Below, piece after piece: positions 50,255 through 60,338 of a stretch of DNA of 64,000 bases. The translations under genes and the position numbers were made by a program. The stretch's first letter is position 1. Each line of letters opens with the position of its first letter. Source of the stretch: Desulfobacterales bacterium (GTDB lineage Bacteria > Desulfobacterota > Desulfobacteria > Desulfobacterales > UBA2174); the NCBI GenBank assembly GCA_963668645.2, contig CAXXWC010000013.1, positions 96,001 through 160,000 of the forward strand, in the 5' to 3' direction. Below the pieces are notes generated by a model that searched no databases, was not told where the DNA came from, and saw only the letters and a list, made by a program, of their open reading frames with translations.

Positions 50255-52668
50255 CGGTCCGTTTCGGCGGTCCGGGCCTGCTGGCGTTGGGCTTCCACCG
50301 CCAGCACGGCGGCCAGGATCAGGGTTTTGATGGCTTCGGGAGAAAGCCGGTCGGCCAGCAGATCGGCGCCGGCATCGGCCACGAATCGGTCTGCGGACCG
50401 GCCCTTGAAAAGGTGCATCATGGCCGCGTTGTATCGTCCCGAGCGCCAGGCCGGCCAACTGTCCAGGGCTTTGAGGGCCTCGCGCAGCAGATCCAGGGCC
50501 GCAGCCAGGTGCTTGCGGCGCAGGGTGGTGCGGTAATAGCGTTCGGCGGCCGTGTTGAATTCTGCGGCTGTCAGACGCATGGGATCGGCGCTGCCGGCGG
50601 TTTCCAGGATTCCGTCGAGGAGGCGGCCGGCGGCGGTGGCATGCGTGTCTTCCAGTCTCGCGGCCAGGTCGGCCAGGGTCTCTTCGAGGTGCAGGGCCTC
50701 GATCAGATCGGCAGCCTCGGTGCGCAGAAACGCGAGCAGGGCCTGGCGGAAGCGGTCCTGGCGCACCCGCAGATACCCCTGGTAGCGCCGGCTGGCGCGC
50801 ACCTCGGCGGTGCCTTCGAGTATGCGGCCCAGGAAGCGGTTGCCGGTCTGCTTGTGCACGAAGAAGGTCGGGATCCCGATGGCGCCGCCGAAGACGACCT
50901 GGCGCCGTTCGCTTTCGATCACCGGTGCGTCGGGGATCTCGGCATGGGCCGTGCGCCCGGACAGGGCCTCGCGGTAGGCCGCGGCGGTCACCAGCCACTG
51001 CAGATCGGCAGCCCGGCCCATATCCTCCAGCACGTTTTCGAACTGGCTGTAGTGGCGGCCTTCGAACCCGCTGAATCCGTAGGCGGCAAAGGGCCGCAGC
51101 CGGTGCAGCAGGTAGAGGGGCATGGCGGTGTGAAAGACCCCCTGGGCCGCCAGATCCTTTTTCAACCGTCCGTCGTTGCCCGTGATGCCGTCCATGGCCG
51201 GGCTTTCTTCGGTGCTCATGACGCAGACCAGGTAGTCGATGAGGCGAAAATCGCGGACCAGGTCCCCGCGCAGGCCGCAGGCGCGGCTCACCAGCCGGTC
51301 GAGCCACTCGGGGCCGAAGGGGGTGATGGATTTTCCGAAGCACTTGATGTCCGCCTTGCGCCGCCAGCGGCGCCAGATCATACGCAGGTGGATATCGTGC
51401 AGTTCGTGGGGCAGGAAACCGAGGGCCTTTTCCGGGTGCAGGTCCTGGAAATCGAGCCGGTAGGGTGCGGCCGAATAGGTGCCGACGAACAACGGCAAGA
51501 AGTGTTCGCTGATCTTCAGCACCAGGTCCCCGAGGTGTTTTTCCTCCGCCGGGCCGAACCCGGCCGTGCCGGCCCCGAGCAGGCCGGAAAGCCGGCGGCT
51601 GCCCAGGCTCAGATGGGTGCCGTTGTTGGCCAGGCTGATGTTGGAGGTGGTGGGCAGCACCACCAGGTTGTTGGCGATGATGCCGGCCTCCTTGAGGCGC
51701 GCCACGGCGTTGAGCTGGCTGCGCGACAGCACCCGGTGGCACAGGGCCATGTAGGCGTGTTTGTCCTCGCCGCGGTCCCAGCCGGACAGGCAGGGATTCA
51801 TGAACAGCTCGCGGTAGAAGGTGTCCGAGATCAGTTCGTTGAGCCGGCGCTGGCGGGTGGGCGGATGGGGCGAAAAGTAGACCATGGCCTGCTGGCCGTG
51901 CTCCTCGAGTCCGAAACGCCGGTTGGCGTAGGCCACCAGCAAATGGCTCAACAGGAAGCGCTGGAGGGTTTCGGCCGCCACCCGGCGGCCGTTGCCCCCG
52001 GCCGGGTCGAGGGATACGGGAAAAAAGGAGAAGGTCTCCGGGGAGGTGTTGTCGTTGAGAAAGTGGCCCAGCAGGCGAGAGCCGGCCTCTCGCAGGACAG
52101 CGGGCAGATCGCCGTCGCCGGCGGCATCGGCCAGGGCGAGCTTGAGCAGGTAGCTCACCGGCACCTGGAGCAGGGTCTCGCCCGCCTCGCGGCATTCGAA
52201 ACGCTCGCAATCATCGCGGCGCGGTCCCTGGGGCCGGCGCTTGTCGGCCAGCAGATCCGCTTCGAGCACCGAACGGGCGTATTGGTTGAGCCGGGCTGCA
52301 GGAAAACGGACCCAGGAATGCTCCCAGATCCGCTCCGGGTTGTCGGCGACAAAGGCGTTGAGTTCCTGGAGCCGGCGCACCGGGGTGTCCCCGGCGGCCG
52401 CCTTGCGCTCCAGGTTGCGATAGTAGCGCGAGGTAAGAATGCGCCGGGGCAGGTCGACGTCCTCTTTTTCCCCGGCCACCGCCGTTTGCAGCTCGTTTTC
52501 GGCTCCGGCGGTGGCGTCGCCCGGCCCGAAAGGCATATTTTGCAGCCAGGCGGCCGGCTGCTGCGGATCGAGGTCCAGGGCCCGGCGGCAGCGATGGAGC
52601 AGATCGGTCTCAGGCGGGCTGGCCAGCACCTGGAGAGCCGCCCCGGATGGGGTGAAATAGGGGGCCAT
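50251..52668 (-). CDS. large hypothetical protein, probable glutamate-cysteine ligase/carboxylate-amine ligase fold
   Basis: 805-aa ORF; ordered motifs GAENELQ, GTHLSLG, LPLFVGTYSAAPY, LRMIW, FEGR (function inferred). Confidence 0.6.
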   Translation of the reverse strand: MAPYFTPSGAALQVLASPPETDLLHRCRRALDLDPQQPAAWLQNMPFGPGDATAGAENELQTAVAGEKEDVDLPRRILTSRYYRNLERKAAAGDTPVRRLQELNAFVADNPERIWEHSWVRFPAARLNQYARSVLEADLLADKRRPQGPRRDDCERFECREAGETLLQVPVSYLLKLALADAAGDGDLPAVLREAGSRLLGHFLNDNTSPETFSFFPVSLDPAGGNGRRVAAETLQRFLLSHLLVAYANRRFGLEEHGQQAMVYFSPHPPTRQRRLNELISDTFYRELFMNPCLSGWDRGEDKHAYMALCHRVLSRSQLNAVARLKEAGIIANNLVVLPTTSNISLANNGTHLSLGSRRLSGLLGAGTAGFGPAEEKHLGDLVLKISEHFLPLFVGTYSAAPYRLDFQDLHPEKALGFLPHELHDIHLRMIWRRWRRKADIKCFGKSITPFGPEWLDRLVSRACGLRGDLVRDFRLIDYLVCVMSTEESPAMDGITGNDGRLKKDLAAQGVFHTAMPLYLLHRLRPFAAYGFSGFEGRHYSQFENVLEDMGRAADLQWLVTAAAYREALSGRTAHAEIPDAPVIESERRQVVFGGAIGIPTFFVHKQTGNRFLGRILEGTAEVRASRRYQGYLRVRQDRFRQALLAFLRTEAADLIEALHLEETLADLAARLEDTHATAAGRLLDGILETAGSADPMRLTAAEFNTAAERYYRTTLRRKHLAAALDLLREALKALDSWPAWRSGRYNAAMMHLFKGRSADRFVADAGADLLADRLSPEAIKTLILAAVLAVEAQRQQARTAETDR

Positions 52669-52793
52669 GGCGCATTTCCTTTTTTAATGACCTCGCACAG
52701 AACACCGTGGTTTTCATCGCCGCTGTGCGATGAGGGGTCTCTTTTAAATGAGATATGTTGAAGGGCGATTGTTCGCGGGATGTGAAGCGGGGG

Positions 52794-55298
52794 TTAGAAT
52801 TTGAAGGGTTCAAAAAGGTCAGCCGCCAGCAGCTCCCGCAGGGCGGTTTGCCGGTGGCTGGTATCCTGGTTGCGCACCGCCATGGCCATGGCCTTGCGGG
52901 TGCCGACGAGCACGGCCAGCTTCCGGGCGCGGGTCAGGCCGGTGTAGATCAGGTTGCGAAACAGCATCTTGAAGTGCTGGGTCAGGACCGGGATGATCAC
53001 CGCCTCGAACTCGCTGCCCTGGGATTTGTGGATGGTGATGGCATAGGCCAGGTCGAGGTCGGTGAGGTCGTCGCGTTGGTAGAGGACGATGCGCCCGTCG
53101 GGAAAAAAGCGGACCGAACAGGTCAGGGCCTCGTTGTCGATGGTCTGGATGACGCCGATATCCCCGTTGAAGACCCCCAGGTCGTAGTTGTTGCGCCGGT
53201 GGATGACCCGGTCGCCCACGCGCAGGATGCGCTCGCCGATTTTGATCTGGGCCCTGCCCTGGCAAAACGGGTTGGTGGTCTCCTGGATCAGGCTGTTGAG
53301 GCTCACCGTGCCCAGGCTGCCGCGGGTCATGGGGGTGATGATCTGGATTTCGGTCTCGGCGCCCAGATACTTGGGGATCCATTCCGCGTAGAGCTTGCGC
53401 ACCACGTCGCCGGCCGCCAGGCCGTAGCGCAGGGCCGACCAGCGATGCACCTTGTCGAGCACGGCCCGCAGTTCATCGACCGGGGTGCGTGCGGCCATCA
53501 CCTTTTCCAGGTCGACATGCTGGAATTTTTTCGGGATCGTCAGCTCGGTTTCATAGGGTGCCACCGGCTCGCTTACCCTGAAGGCGTAAAGGTCGGCATC
53601 CGCCAGGGGCGTATCTCCGGCCACGCCGGGCCGGCTCTCAAAATACCGCTTGACCCTGGCGATAAAGTCGAGCTGCTCCTTGGTGGCTTCGTCGGCGTCC
53701 ATGAAAAAGCAGTCGGTGCCGTTTTCCCAGACCTCGGGTTTGTTGAAGGGCGAGTCGATCCAGGGCAGCTCACCCTGGTTGATCTGGTAGGCGAACTTGA
53801 TGATGCTCGAAGCCTGGGCCTGCCGGAAGATCCTCGACAGCCGGAAACAGGGGATCGTGCCGGCGCCGATCATGTCGCGCAGCACGTTGCCGGCACCCAC
53901 CGAGGGGATCTGGTCCGCATCCCCGATGAAAAGGACCTGACTCTGGCCGGGGACCGCCTTGAGCAGCGAGGCGGTCAGGCTGATGTCCAGCATGGAGGAT
54001 TCGTCGATGATGAGAAAATCGACCGCCAGCAGGTTCTCCTCGTTGCGGCTGAATTGCCCGCCTTTCCACTCCAGCAGCCGGTGAATCGTCTTGGCCTCCC
54101 TGCCGATCACGTCCATCATGCGCTGGGCGGCCCGCCCGGTGGGGGCCGCCAGGATCACCTTGCGGTCCATGGCCTCCAGCAGTCTGACGAGCACCAGGGT
54201 GGTGGTGGTCTTACCCGACCCGGGACCGCCGGTGAGGATGGCATATTTTTCGCCCACGATCCCCCTGACCGCTGCGGCCTGCTCTTCGCCGAGGGAAAAG
54301 TTCTGCCGCCTGCCAAACCGATCCAGCCAGCGCTCGATCTTTTCGGGGGCCACCGGCGGCACGCCGCCCCGGTCCACCAGTTTGCGGGCCACGTAAAGTT
54401 CGTCGAAATACAAGGACTTGGCATAGTAAGCGGTTGCCGTCGCGCCGTCGGGGGTGCTGATCTCGCGAACCTTCAACAGCCCGCTTTCTTCCATCTGTAA
54501 AAGGAGTGCCGGCAGCCGCTGGCCGATGTCCAGTTCGATCAATTGGCCGGTCTGGGCCTCGATCTGGGAAAGGGTCAGGTAGCAGTGGCCGAACTCCCTG
54601 CCCGCGGCCAGCACATGGCGGATGCCGGCCATGATCCGCTGGGGGCTATCCTTTTCGAGCCCGATGCTCTGGGCCACCCGGTCGGCGGAAAAAAAGCCGA
54701 TCCCGTAGATGTCGTTGGCCAGCCGGTAAGGATCCTCGGTGACCAGGGTGATGGCCCGGTCGCCGTACTGCTTGTAGATGCGCACGGCGAAAAGGGTGCT
54801 GATCCCATGGGACTGGAGAAACATCATCACATCCCGGATGGCGCGGTGTTCGGTCCAGGCCTCGCGGATCATGGCGAGCTTCTTGGCGGCGATGCCCGGC
54901 ACCTCGGTGAGCCTGTCGATCTCTGCTTCAAAGACATCCAGGGTCTTTTCGTTGAAGTGCTGGACGATTTTGCGGGCCGTTTTGGGGCCGACCCCCTTGA
55001 TCAGGCCGGAGCCGAGGTATTTTTCCAGGGCCGCGGCCGAGGCCGGCTTTTTTTCCACCGCTGAGGTGGCCCTGAACTGGCGGCCGTATTTGGGATCTAC
55101 GGTCCAGGCCCCGTGAAATTCCATCGTGGCGCCGGCAAAGACCTTGGTCTGGTGGACGATCACCGTTTCCTGCTGCAGCGGGTTGTTAAAGGGAACGACC
55201 CGCAGCACGGACCAGCCGCTGTCCGGATTGTGGAAGGTCACCCGGTCGACGATCCCGCGGATCGATTCGCTGATGGCGCCGGTAAGTGGTTGTGGCAT
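52794..55298 (-). CDS. recD2: RecD2-like ATP-dependent helicase
   Basis: YLGSGLIKGVGP, LTGGPGSGKTT, IIDESSM, GDADQ, IFRQA, AYAITIHKSQGSE, YTGLTRA. Confidence 0.93.
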   Translation of the reverse strand: MPQPLTGAISESIRGIVDRVTFHNPDSGWSVLRVVPFNNPLQQETVIVHQTKVFAGATMEFHGAWTVDPKYGRQFRATSAVEKKPASAAALEKYLGSGLIKGVGPKTARKIVQHFNEKTLDVFEAEIDRLTEVPGIAAKKLAMIREAWTEHRAIRDVMMFLQSHGISTLFAVRIYKQYGDRAITLVTEDPYRLANDIYGIGFFSADRVAQSIGLEKDSPQRIMAGIRHVLAAGREFGHCYLTLSQIEAQTGQLIELDIGQRLPALLLQMEESGLLKVREISTPDGATATAYYAKSLYFDELYVARKLVDRGGVPPVAPEKIERWLDRFGRRQNFSLGEEQAAAVRGIVGEKYAILTGGPGSGKTTTTLVLVRLLEAMDRKVILAAPTGRAAQRMMDVIGREAKTIHRLLEWKGGQFSRNEENLLAVDFLIIDESSMLDISLTASLLKAVPGQSQVLFIGDADQIPSVGAGNVLRDMIGAGTIPCFRLSRIFRQAQASSIIKFAYQINQGELPWIDSPFNKPEVWENGTDCFFMDADEATKEQLDFIARVKRYFESRPGVAGDTPLADADLYAFRVSEPVAPYETELTIPKKFQHVDLEKVMAARTPVDELRAVLDKVHRWSALRYGLAAGDVVRKLYAEWIPKYLGAETEIQIITPMTRGSLGTVSLNSLIQETTNPFCQGRAQIKIGERILRVGDRVIHRRNNYDLGVFNGDIGVIQTIDNEALTCSVRFFPDGRIVLYQRDDLTDLDLAYAITIHKSQGSEFEAVIIPVLTQHFKMLFRNLIYTGLTRARKLAVLVGTRKAMAMAVRNQDTSHRQTALRELLAADLFEPFKF

Positions 55299-55845
55299 CG
55301 TTTGAGCGGCAAAGGGTGTATTGATTTTGGACGGCTGCCGGTAACGGAGGAAACATATACCGGATAAAGGGTGGGTTAGGCAATCGGGTCGTCCGGGCAG
55401 ACAGTAATTTTCGGTAAAATCAAGAGATGTTCTCTTTCTGTGCAACCATCGGTCAACGCTCCGAGCCAGTGTCGCGGCTTAGGCGGCCTTGGGTCTGAGT
55501 TTGCGCACCCGAGCGGCGGGGGAGGCCGGGAGGCTGACGGTGGTCGTAAAACCGGCATTATGGAAAAAACCAACTCCGGCAACATGACGAAATGAAAGAG
55601 AGACTTCGCGCGTAAAACGGCGACCCGGGGATAACCCTCGCGTCCGCCCGAAAAACTCGGCCCCCTCCTGCAAACGCGTCGTTTTGCTGGGGCTTACCCT
55701 GGATACTTTTAACCCGGGTGCGCAGCTTTTTTAAAAAGCGGGTATTTTCTACACGCCTGATCTTCGGTCAACTCTTCTCCATCGCCTCCTTGGTATTCCA
55801 TGATATTTATGTAAATTCAATCCGTTGTAATTATTTTAGGCTGTT

Positions 55846-55861
55846 TGGCACACCGGTTGCT
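55846..55861 (+). promoter_or_regulatory. sigma54 promoter
   Basis: TGGCAC-ACCGG-TTGCT consensus match, AT-rich IHF-like stretch upstream. Confidence 0.8.
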
Positions 55862-55930
55862 CTACGGGAAGTTGACGACAATGAAACACCACTGGACGGA
55901 ACGTATAAGAAAAACCCAAAGGAGGTTGTC

Positions 55931-56215
55931 ATGAAGAAGAATCACGTCATCCGAGCCATTCTGGCCGCCGCTGTCATCGCCCTGGTGGGCCTTTCCGGCA
56001 TCGCCCTGGCCAGTCCATACGGAGGCGGGCGGCAAATGGGCTATGCCAATTTCGACTCTCCGCGCTATGAGGAAGGTAGAGCCCCGGGATGGGGTCCCGG
56101 GCGCATGGCCCATCGCTTCGAGATGCGCCGCATCGGCCCCGAAGCCGGCCATGGCAGAGGATACGGCCGGGGACTGCACCACGGTTGGGGCGGCCGCGGC
56201 GCCTGCTGGCATTGA
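55931..56215 (+). CDS. small exported Gly/Arg/His-rich protein
   Basis: AGGAGG RBS, signal peptide ending ALA, GC-W-H end; reminiscent of the tails of ZraP/Spy-like proteins. Confidence 0.7.
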   Translation: MKKNHVIRAILAAAVIALVGLSGIALASPYGGGRQMGYANFDSPRYEEGRAPGWGPGRMAHRFEMRRIGPEAGHGRGYGRGLHHGWGGRGACWH

Positions 56216-56235
56216 GCTGAAAACATCCCTGGCTG

Positions 56236-56276
56236 AAGCGCAAAAAAGGGGGATCGGCGATCCCCCTTTTTGCGTT
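56236..56276. terminator. bidirectional intrinsic terminator
   Basis: GCAAAAAAGGGGGATC-GGC-GATCCCCCTTTTTGC between convergent genes. Confidence 0.85.
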
Positions 56277-56335
56277 TGAAGGGCGCAGGCCTGGAAAATG
56301 GCGGGATAATGCTGCTCAACCGCAAGGCGCCCGGT

Positions 56336-56497
56336 TCAGGGTGGGGAGGCTCCGTTGCGGCGACGATCCGTCCAGCGCGCCCATAGGAAGGCGAGTTTGC
56401 GCAGCAGGGAGGCCGTGCGATCCTTGGGATTGGTGATGACCGTGTCATCCTCCATCTGCTTGAGGATCTTTTCCATGGGGCTTTTATGAATTTGCAT
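56336..56497 (-). CDS. small protein, 53 aa (below the ORF-track cutoff)
   Basis: AGGAG RBS; MQIHKSPMEKILKQMEDDTVITNPKDRTASLLRKLAF...; host-like codon usage; last gene before the terminator. Confidence 0.55.
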   Translation of the reverse strand: MQIHKSPMEKILKQMEDDTVITNPKDRTASLLRKLAFLWARWTDRRRNGASPP

Positions 56498-56539
56498 GGC
56501 CGTGGCTCCTGTGGCCGGCCGGCGGCCGGCCCATGGGGG

Positions 56540-56953
56540 TCAAAGGGCGGCACCTTGCAGCGCCGCGGACGCTTGCACCGGGTGCAGGGCTTCGGAGGCC
56601 CGCTGGATGGTTTTGCGGATCTCTTTGAGCTTGAAGGGCTTGGCGATAAAGTCGAAGGCGCCCTTGGTCAGCGATTCACGGGCCAGCTCCAGGGTCGCAT
56701 ATCCGGTGATCATGATGAACTTGACCTGTGGCGTCTTTTCGAAGACCTTTTCCATCACTTCGAGACCGTCGATTTGTCCCATGCGGATATCGCTGATGAC
56801 GATGTCAAACGCCTTGGCCTCGATCCGCTCGATGGCGGCGGCCGGATCGGTAAAGGTCTCGACCCGGTGCCCGTCGCGGGTCAGAAAGGATTGCAGCCGT
56901 TCGCCGACGATCGGTTCGTCATCCACGATCAGAATGTCGCAGTGATTGCTCAT
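56540..56953 (-). CDS. single-domain response regulator
   Basis: ILIVDDE, SDIRM, ITGY, KPF. Confidence 0.9.
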   Translation of the reverse strand: MSNHCDILIVDDEPIVGERLQSFLTRDGHRVETFTDPAAAIERIEAKAFDIVISDIRMGQIDGLEVMEKVFEKTPQVKFIMITGYATLELARESLTKGAFDFIAKPFKLKEIRKTIQRASEALHPVQASAALQGAAL

Positions 56954-56993
56954 GTGATCCTCCTCGGTCCCTGCCCGGTCTTTTACCGGCGCT

Positions 56994-58112
56994 TCAGGCC
57001 GCTTTGGCCTCGATTGCCGGCGTCTGGGTGCCGGGTTCGCGGACGATTAAAAGGGTTTTCTGGATCTTGCGGCGCTGGCGGTAGATGTGCACCACCTTGG
57101 TCAGAATGACCAGGGCGCCGCTGATGCCGCTGGCAAAAAGAAAGAACTTGCTGGCGCCGTTGAGGTAGACGTCCCAGCCCGGCGTATAGCTGATAAATCC
57201 CAGATGGCGCAGGTAGACCGGGATGGCGATGACCCGGCTGAAAACGCACAGCAGGATGATCAGGCTCGTGACCACGCGGATATATTTTTCGTTGACGACC
57301 TTGACCCCGTAGACGCCCAGATGGATGCCCACCAGCGAGCCCAGATAGAGCAGCATGGTCAGGCGCAGGTCCACGAACCCCTGGTAGGTGTAGCTCAGGG
57401 CGCCGTAAGCGCCCATGAACAGGGCCAGGAACAGTTCGGTGCCCGTGGCCACCGCCGTGGGCACGCCGAAGACGTAGATCATGGCCGGCACCCCGATGAA
57501 GCCGCCCACCCCGATGGTGCCGGCCAGATAACCGGTGGCGATGCCCACCGCCATCAGCACCCAGAGGCTGACATCGGTGTCGGCCGTTTCGAAGTGGATC
57601 ACCGGGGGGATGTTCATCCGCGCCAGGGCGTCGGCGATTTTCATCGAAGGCCCGCCGTCGCCGTTGGATTTGAGCACGTCGCGCAGCATGGAGACGGCCA
57701 CCACCGAAAGAATCAGGGCGAAGACCAGGCTGATGTACAGATTGGCGCCGTCGCCCGTGGCCGCCCCGTGGGCGTCGCCGCCGCCGTGGAAGAGGTAGCT
57801 GTTGATGGCCACGGCGATCTGGATGCCGATGACGGCCGTGACCAGCATGTAGGCCGCCAGTTTCTTGTCCACGTTGCCGGCGGCGGCGTGCTTGCGCGAG
57901 CCGACCATGGCCTTGCCGAATTTATGCGTGATGTTGCTGGCCACGGCCATCACGCCGCCGACGCCAAGATTCATCATGCCGGGGGTCATGAAGAAGGCCC
58001 CGCCGCTGCCGATGAAACCGCTGAGGATGCCGCCGATGAAGCCGATCAGCACCACCTGCAGGCCGACCATCAGGTCGATGTGGATATAGTGCATGGTGAG
58101 CAATTCGTGCAT
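56994..58112 (-). CDS. TauE/SafE-family (TSUP) membrane transporter
   Basis: SGFIGSGGAF.MTP and GTIGVGGFIGVPAM repeats. Confidence 0.88.
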   Translation of the reverse strand: MHELLTMHYIHIDLMVGLQVVLIGFIGGILSGFIGSGGAFFMTPGMMNLGVGGVMAVASNITHKFGKAMVGSRKHAAAGNVDKKLAAYMLVTAVIGIQIAVAINSYLFHGGGDAHGAATGDGANLYISLVFALILSVVAVSMLRDVLKSNGDGGPSMKIADALARMNIPPVIHFETADTDVSLWVLMAVGIATGYLAGTIGVGGFIGVPAMIYVFGVPTAVATGTELFLALFMGAYGALSYTYQGFVDLRLTMLLYLGSLVGIHLGVYGVKVVNEKYIRVVTSLIILLCVFSRVIAIPVYLRHLGFISYTPGWDVYLNGASKFFLFASGISGALVILTKVVHIYRQRRKIQKTLLIVREPGTQTPAIEAKAA

Positions 58113-58142
58113 ATGCCTGCCTCCCTGAGCGATGAGTAACGG

Positions 58143-59660
58143 TTAGTCGATGTTGATGATCTTCAGTCCCAGTCCCGTGACGGTGCCGTAGATGTAGGCG
58201 ATCAGGGGAATGAAGACGACCATGACCAGCGGGGCGATCCACTTGTGGGCCTGGTGGAAGGGGCCGCTGAGAAAATCGAGGACCGGCTTCTGGTGCGTCA
58301 ACACCAGTATGTAGGCCAGGACCGTGAGCGCCAGATAGCCGACCAGGGTGAAGGCCTGGCGCTTGCCGAACAGAAAGCGCGACTTGAGTTCGTCGGCGGT
58401 GATCACCGGGGCCTTGAGCCGGTCGCGGATCCCCAGGGCCAGTTCGCGGGTCTGGCGGGTGCGGGTAGACCGGCCCTTGGCCAGGAACATGTCGCCGATG
58501 ACCACCAGGGAATAGCGTCCATGGTGGTTGACCCGTTCCAGGATCTTGTCCGCGCCGCCGCAGACCGTGTGCCGGCCGCCGCAGCGGCCCAGACGCAGCA
58601 GGGCTTCCTCGGTGCGGCTCAGGCCACCGTCGTTGCGCTCGGCGCCCGGTTCGTCGTCCTCGACCCCGCCGTCGCCGGCCATGGAACAGTGCTGGTGGCC
58701 AAAGTTGGCAACAGGCCTTTGCGCATCGGTATTCTCGGCTGCCGGTGCATCGGCGGGCAGCAGGCGCATCAACTCCAGGGCTGCACCCCAGCGCTGGGAA
58801 AGGGTGATCAACTGCTTGAAATTTTCCGCCTCTGGATCGAAACGCTCCTGAACCCAGAGGATGTTGGTTTCGGCCATGGTGCACTGGATGCCGGAACAGT
58901 CGGGCAGATCGGTCAGGACCTGGGGGATGTGACGGCTCAGGGCTTCCTGATGTGGGGGATAGGTGACGGTGAGCACGCCCTGGTCGGCCTGCACGTTCAG
59001 GTCGGCTGTCTGGGTGCGATCGTCGCGGGCCAGGCGCAGCCTGGCCCGGGCAGCCAGGTGCTGGTCGGCCAGCAACGCCATGCTGGCCGGCGTGGGTTGG
59101 AAATCGGGCAGGGTCGCCATTTCACACAGCAGGCCGGCCGCGTTGGATAACCCCAGGGTCTCCAGGTTGAAAAAGGCGTCGAACTGGCCCGGGTCCCCGC
59201 CGTTTTCATGGTGGATGTAGCGGATCCATTTGTCGATATCTTCGTCGAGCTGGGTAAGGTGGGTTTCGGCCTTGTCCGGGGTGATCTTCAGGGCCTGGGC
59301 CGTGCGCTGGATCCGTCCGGCCAGCGGGGCCGTCAGCCCGACCCGCAGCCGGTGGCTGACGCCGGGCAGCAGCAGGTGCCCGGCGCGCCCGGTGTAGATC
59401 ATGTTGCCCTGGCCGGCAGCATCGCAGAGGGCCGCGGTGAGAAAGGCCAGGTAGAGATTCCTTTCCCGGGCCAGCTTTTCGGAACTGCCCGGGCTTTTGA
59501 TCATGGCCGTTTCAAGACGACCCACCCTGATCCCCGCCTTGCGGGCCTCTTCCTGAAGCTGTTCCCGGCTGAGCACTGGCCAGTTGGTCTTGCGGGCCAA
59601 CTCTTGCGCCAGCTGTGGCCCGCCGCCCTGATACCGACTCGAAATCATGATGATGGCCAT
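58143..59660 (-). CDS. cytidylate-kinase-like family protein with BON-like region and C-terminal TM helices
   Basis: MAIIMISS....GG..LA..LA, IYTGRAGH.LL..V.H.LRV.L.AP...RI. Confidence 0.75.
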   Translation of the reverse strand: MAIIMISSRYQGGGPQLAQELARKTNWPVLSREQLQEEARKAGIRVGRLETAMIKSPGSSEKLARERNLYLAFLTAALCDAAGQGNMIYTGRAGHLLLPGVSHRLRVGLTAPLAGRIQRTAQALKITPDKAETHLTQLDEDIDKWIRYIHHENGGDPGQFDAFFNLETLGLSNAAGLLCEMATLPDFQPTPASMALLADQHLAARARLRLARDDRTQTADLNVQADQGVLTVTYPPHQEALSRHIPQVLTDLPDCSGIQCTMAETNILWVQERFDPEAENFKQLITLSQRWGAALELMRLLPADAPAAENTDAQRPVANFGHQHCSMAGDGGVEDDEPGAERNDGGLSRTEEALLRLGRCGGRHTVCGGADKILERVNHHGRYSLVVIGDMFLAKGRSTRTRQTRELALGIRDRLKAPVITADELKSRFLFGKRQAFTLVGYLALTVLAYILVLTHQKPVLDFLSGPFHQAHKWIAPLVMVVFIPLIAYIYGTVTGLGLKIINID

Positions 59661-60075
59661 CGCGGTTCTCTTCCTTTCCTAGATAGCTGATGTGGTTTTT
59701 GCCCCGTACCTCGATGATCTGGCTGGCAACCAGGGGTTTGATTTGCCGCAGGAGGTGCCGGCAGATCTCGTCGTCGGCGTTGAGAACCAGCACGTCGATG
59801 CCCTCCAGGCGTTCCATGGCAACGATTTCGGCCGCCAGCCCGTTGCCGGTGATGTGATGGGAGACCTCCAGACCTGCCTGCCGGGCGCCGCTGATCAGTT
59901 CCTTGAGCGCTGTTTCAAACCAGGACAGCCGGGAATTTTGTGGCTGCGTGGCGGTGTGCTGCTGCAGGATATAGATCCGCGCCCCGATGCGCTCGGCCAA
60001 GGCCAGGGCATAGTGAACACCGTTGAGGTTCCAGCCGTTGGCGGCCAGGGGGATAAGTATCTTTTTGCGGAACAT
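59512..60075 (-). CDS. universal-stress-protein-like
   Basis: MFRKKILIP...YALALAERIGA, IDVLVL; tail overlaps the next gene, so the true 3' end is uncertain. Confidence 0.65.
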   Translation of the reverse strand: MFRKKILIPLAANGWNLNGVHYALALAERIGARIYILQQHTATQPQNSRLSWFETALKELISGARQAGLEVSHHITGNGLAAEIVAMERLEGIDVLVLNADDEICRHLLRQIKPLVASQIIEVRGKNHISYLGKEENRDGHHHDFESVSGRRATAGARVGPQDQLASAQPGTASGRGPQGGDQGGSS

Positions 60076-60118
60076 GGCGCCCTTTCCCGAAGCTCATCTG
60101 GTTGCGGCAACAATCCTA

Positions 60119-60134
60119 ATCAATATGCGTGCCA
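60119..60134 (-). promoter_or_regulatory. probable sigma54 promoter (-12 variant)
   Basis: TGGCAC-GCATA-TTGAT, downstream of an NtrC-family gene. Confidence 0.55.
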
Positions 60135-60338
60135 GATGGGATATGGGCAAAAAAAACAGTATGATAAGTTTTTTGGCGGGAAGGGTGGCGGCAGGGAATG
60201 TTCCGGAATGAAACGGCGCCGGAATTCCGGTGGTTCGGTTTCCGAAAAATGTGCAAATATTTTAATTGGATATGGCGTTGCGTTGCAATATGTAACGCTG
60301 GGGCTGTCCAGCCAACGCCGGAGGGGGTGGCGTGGCGC

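Noticed and set aside
50255..52210. 992-aa and 632-aa track ORFs as fusion proteins
   Set aside because: The N-terminal extensions are off-frame overlaps of upstream genes; real starts are at the ATGA overlaps 50254 and 49235
50287..54500. Long plus-strand ORFs (824 aa, 581 aa) and similar antisense ORFs at 57-63 kb
   Set aside because: Shadow frames of GC-rich minus-strand genes, with no recognisable motifs
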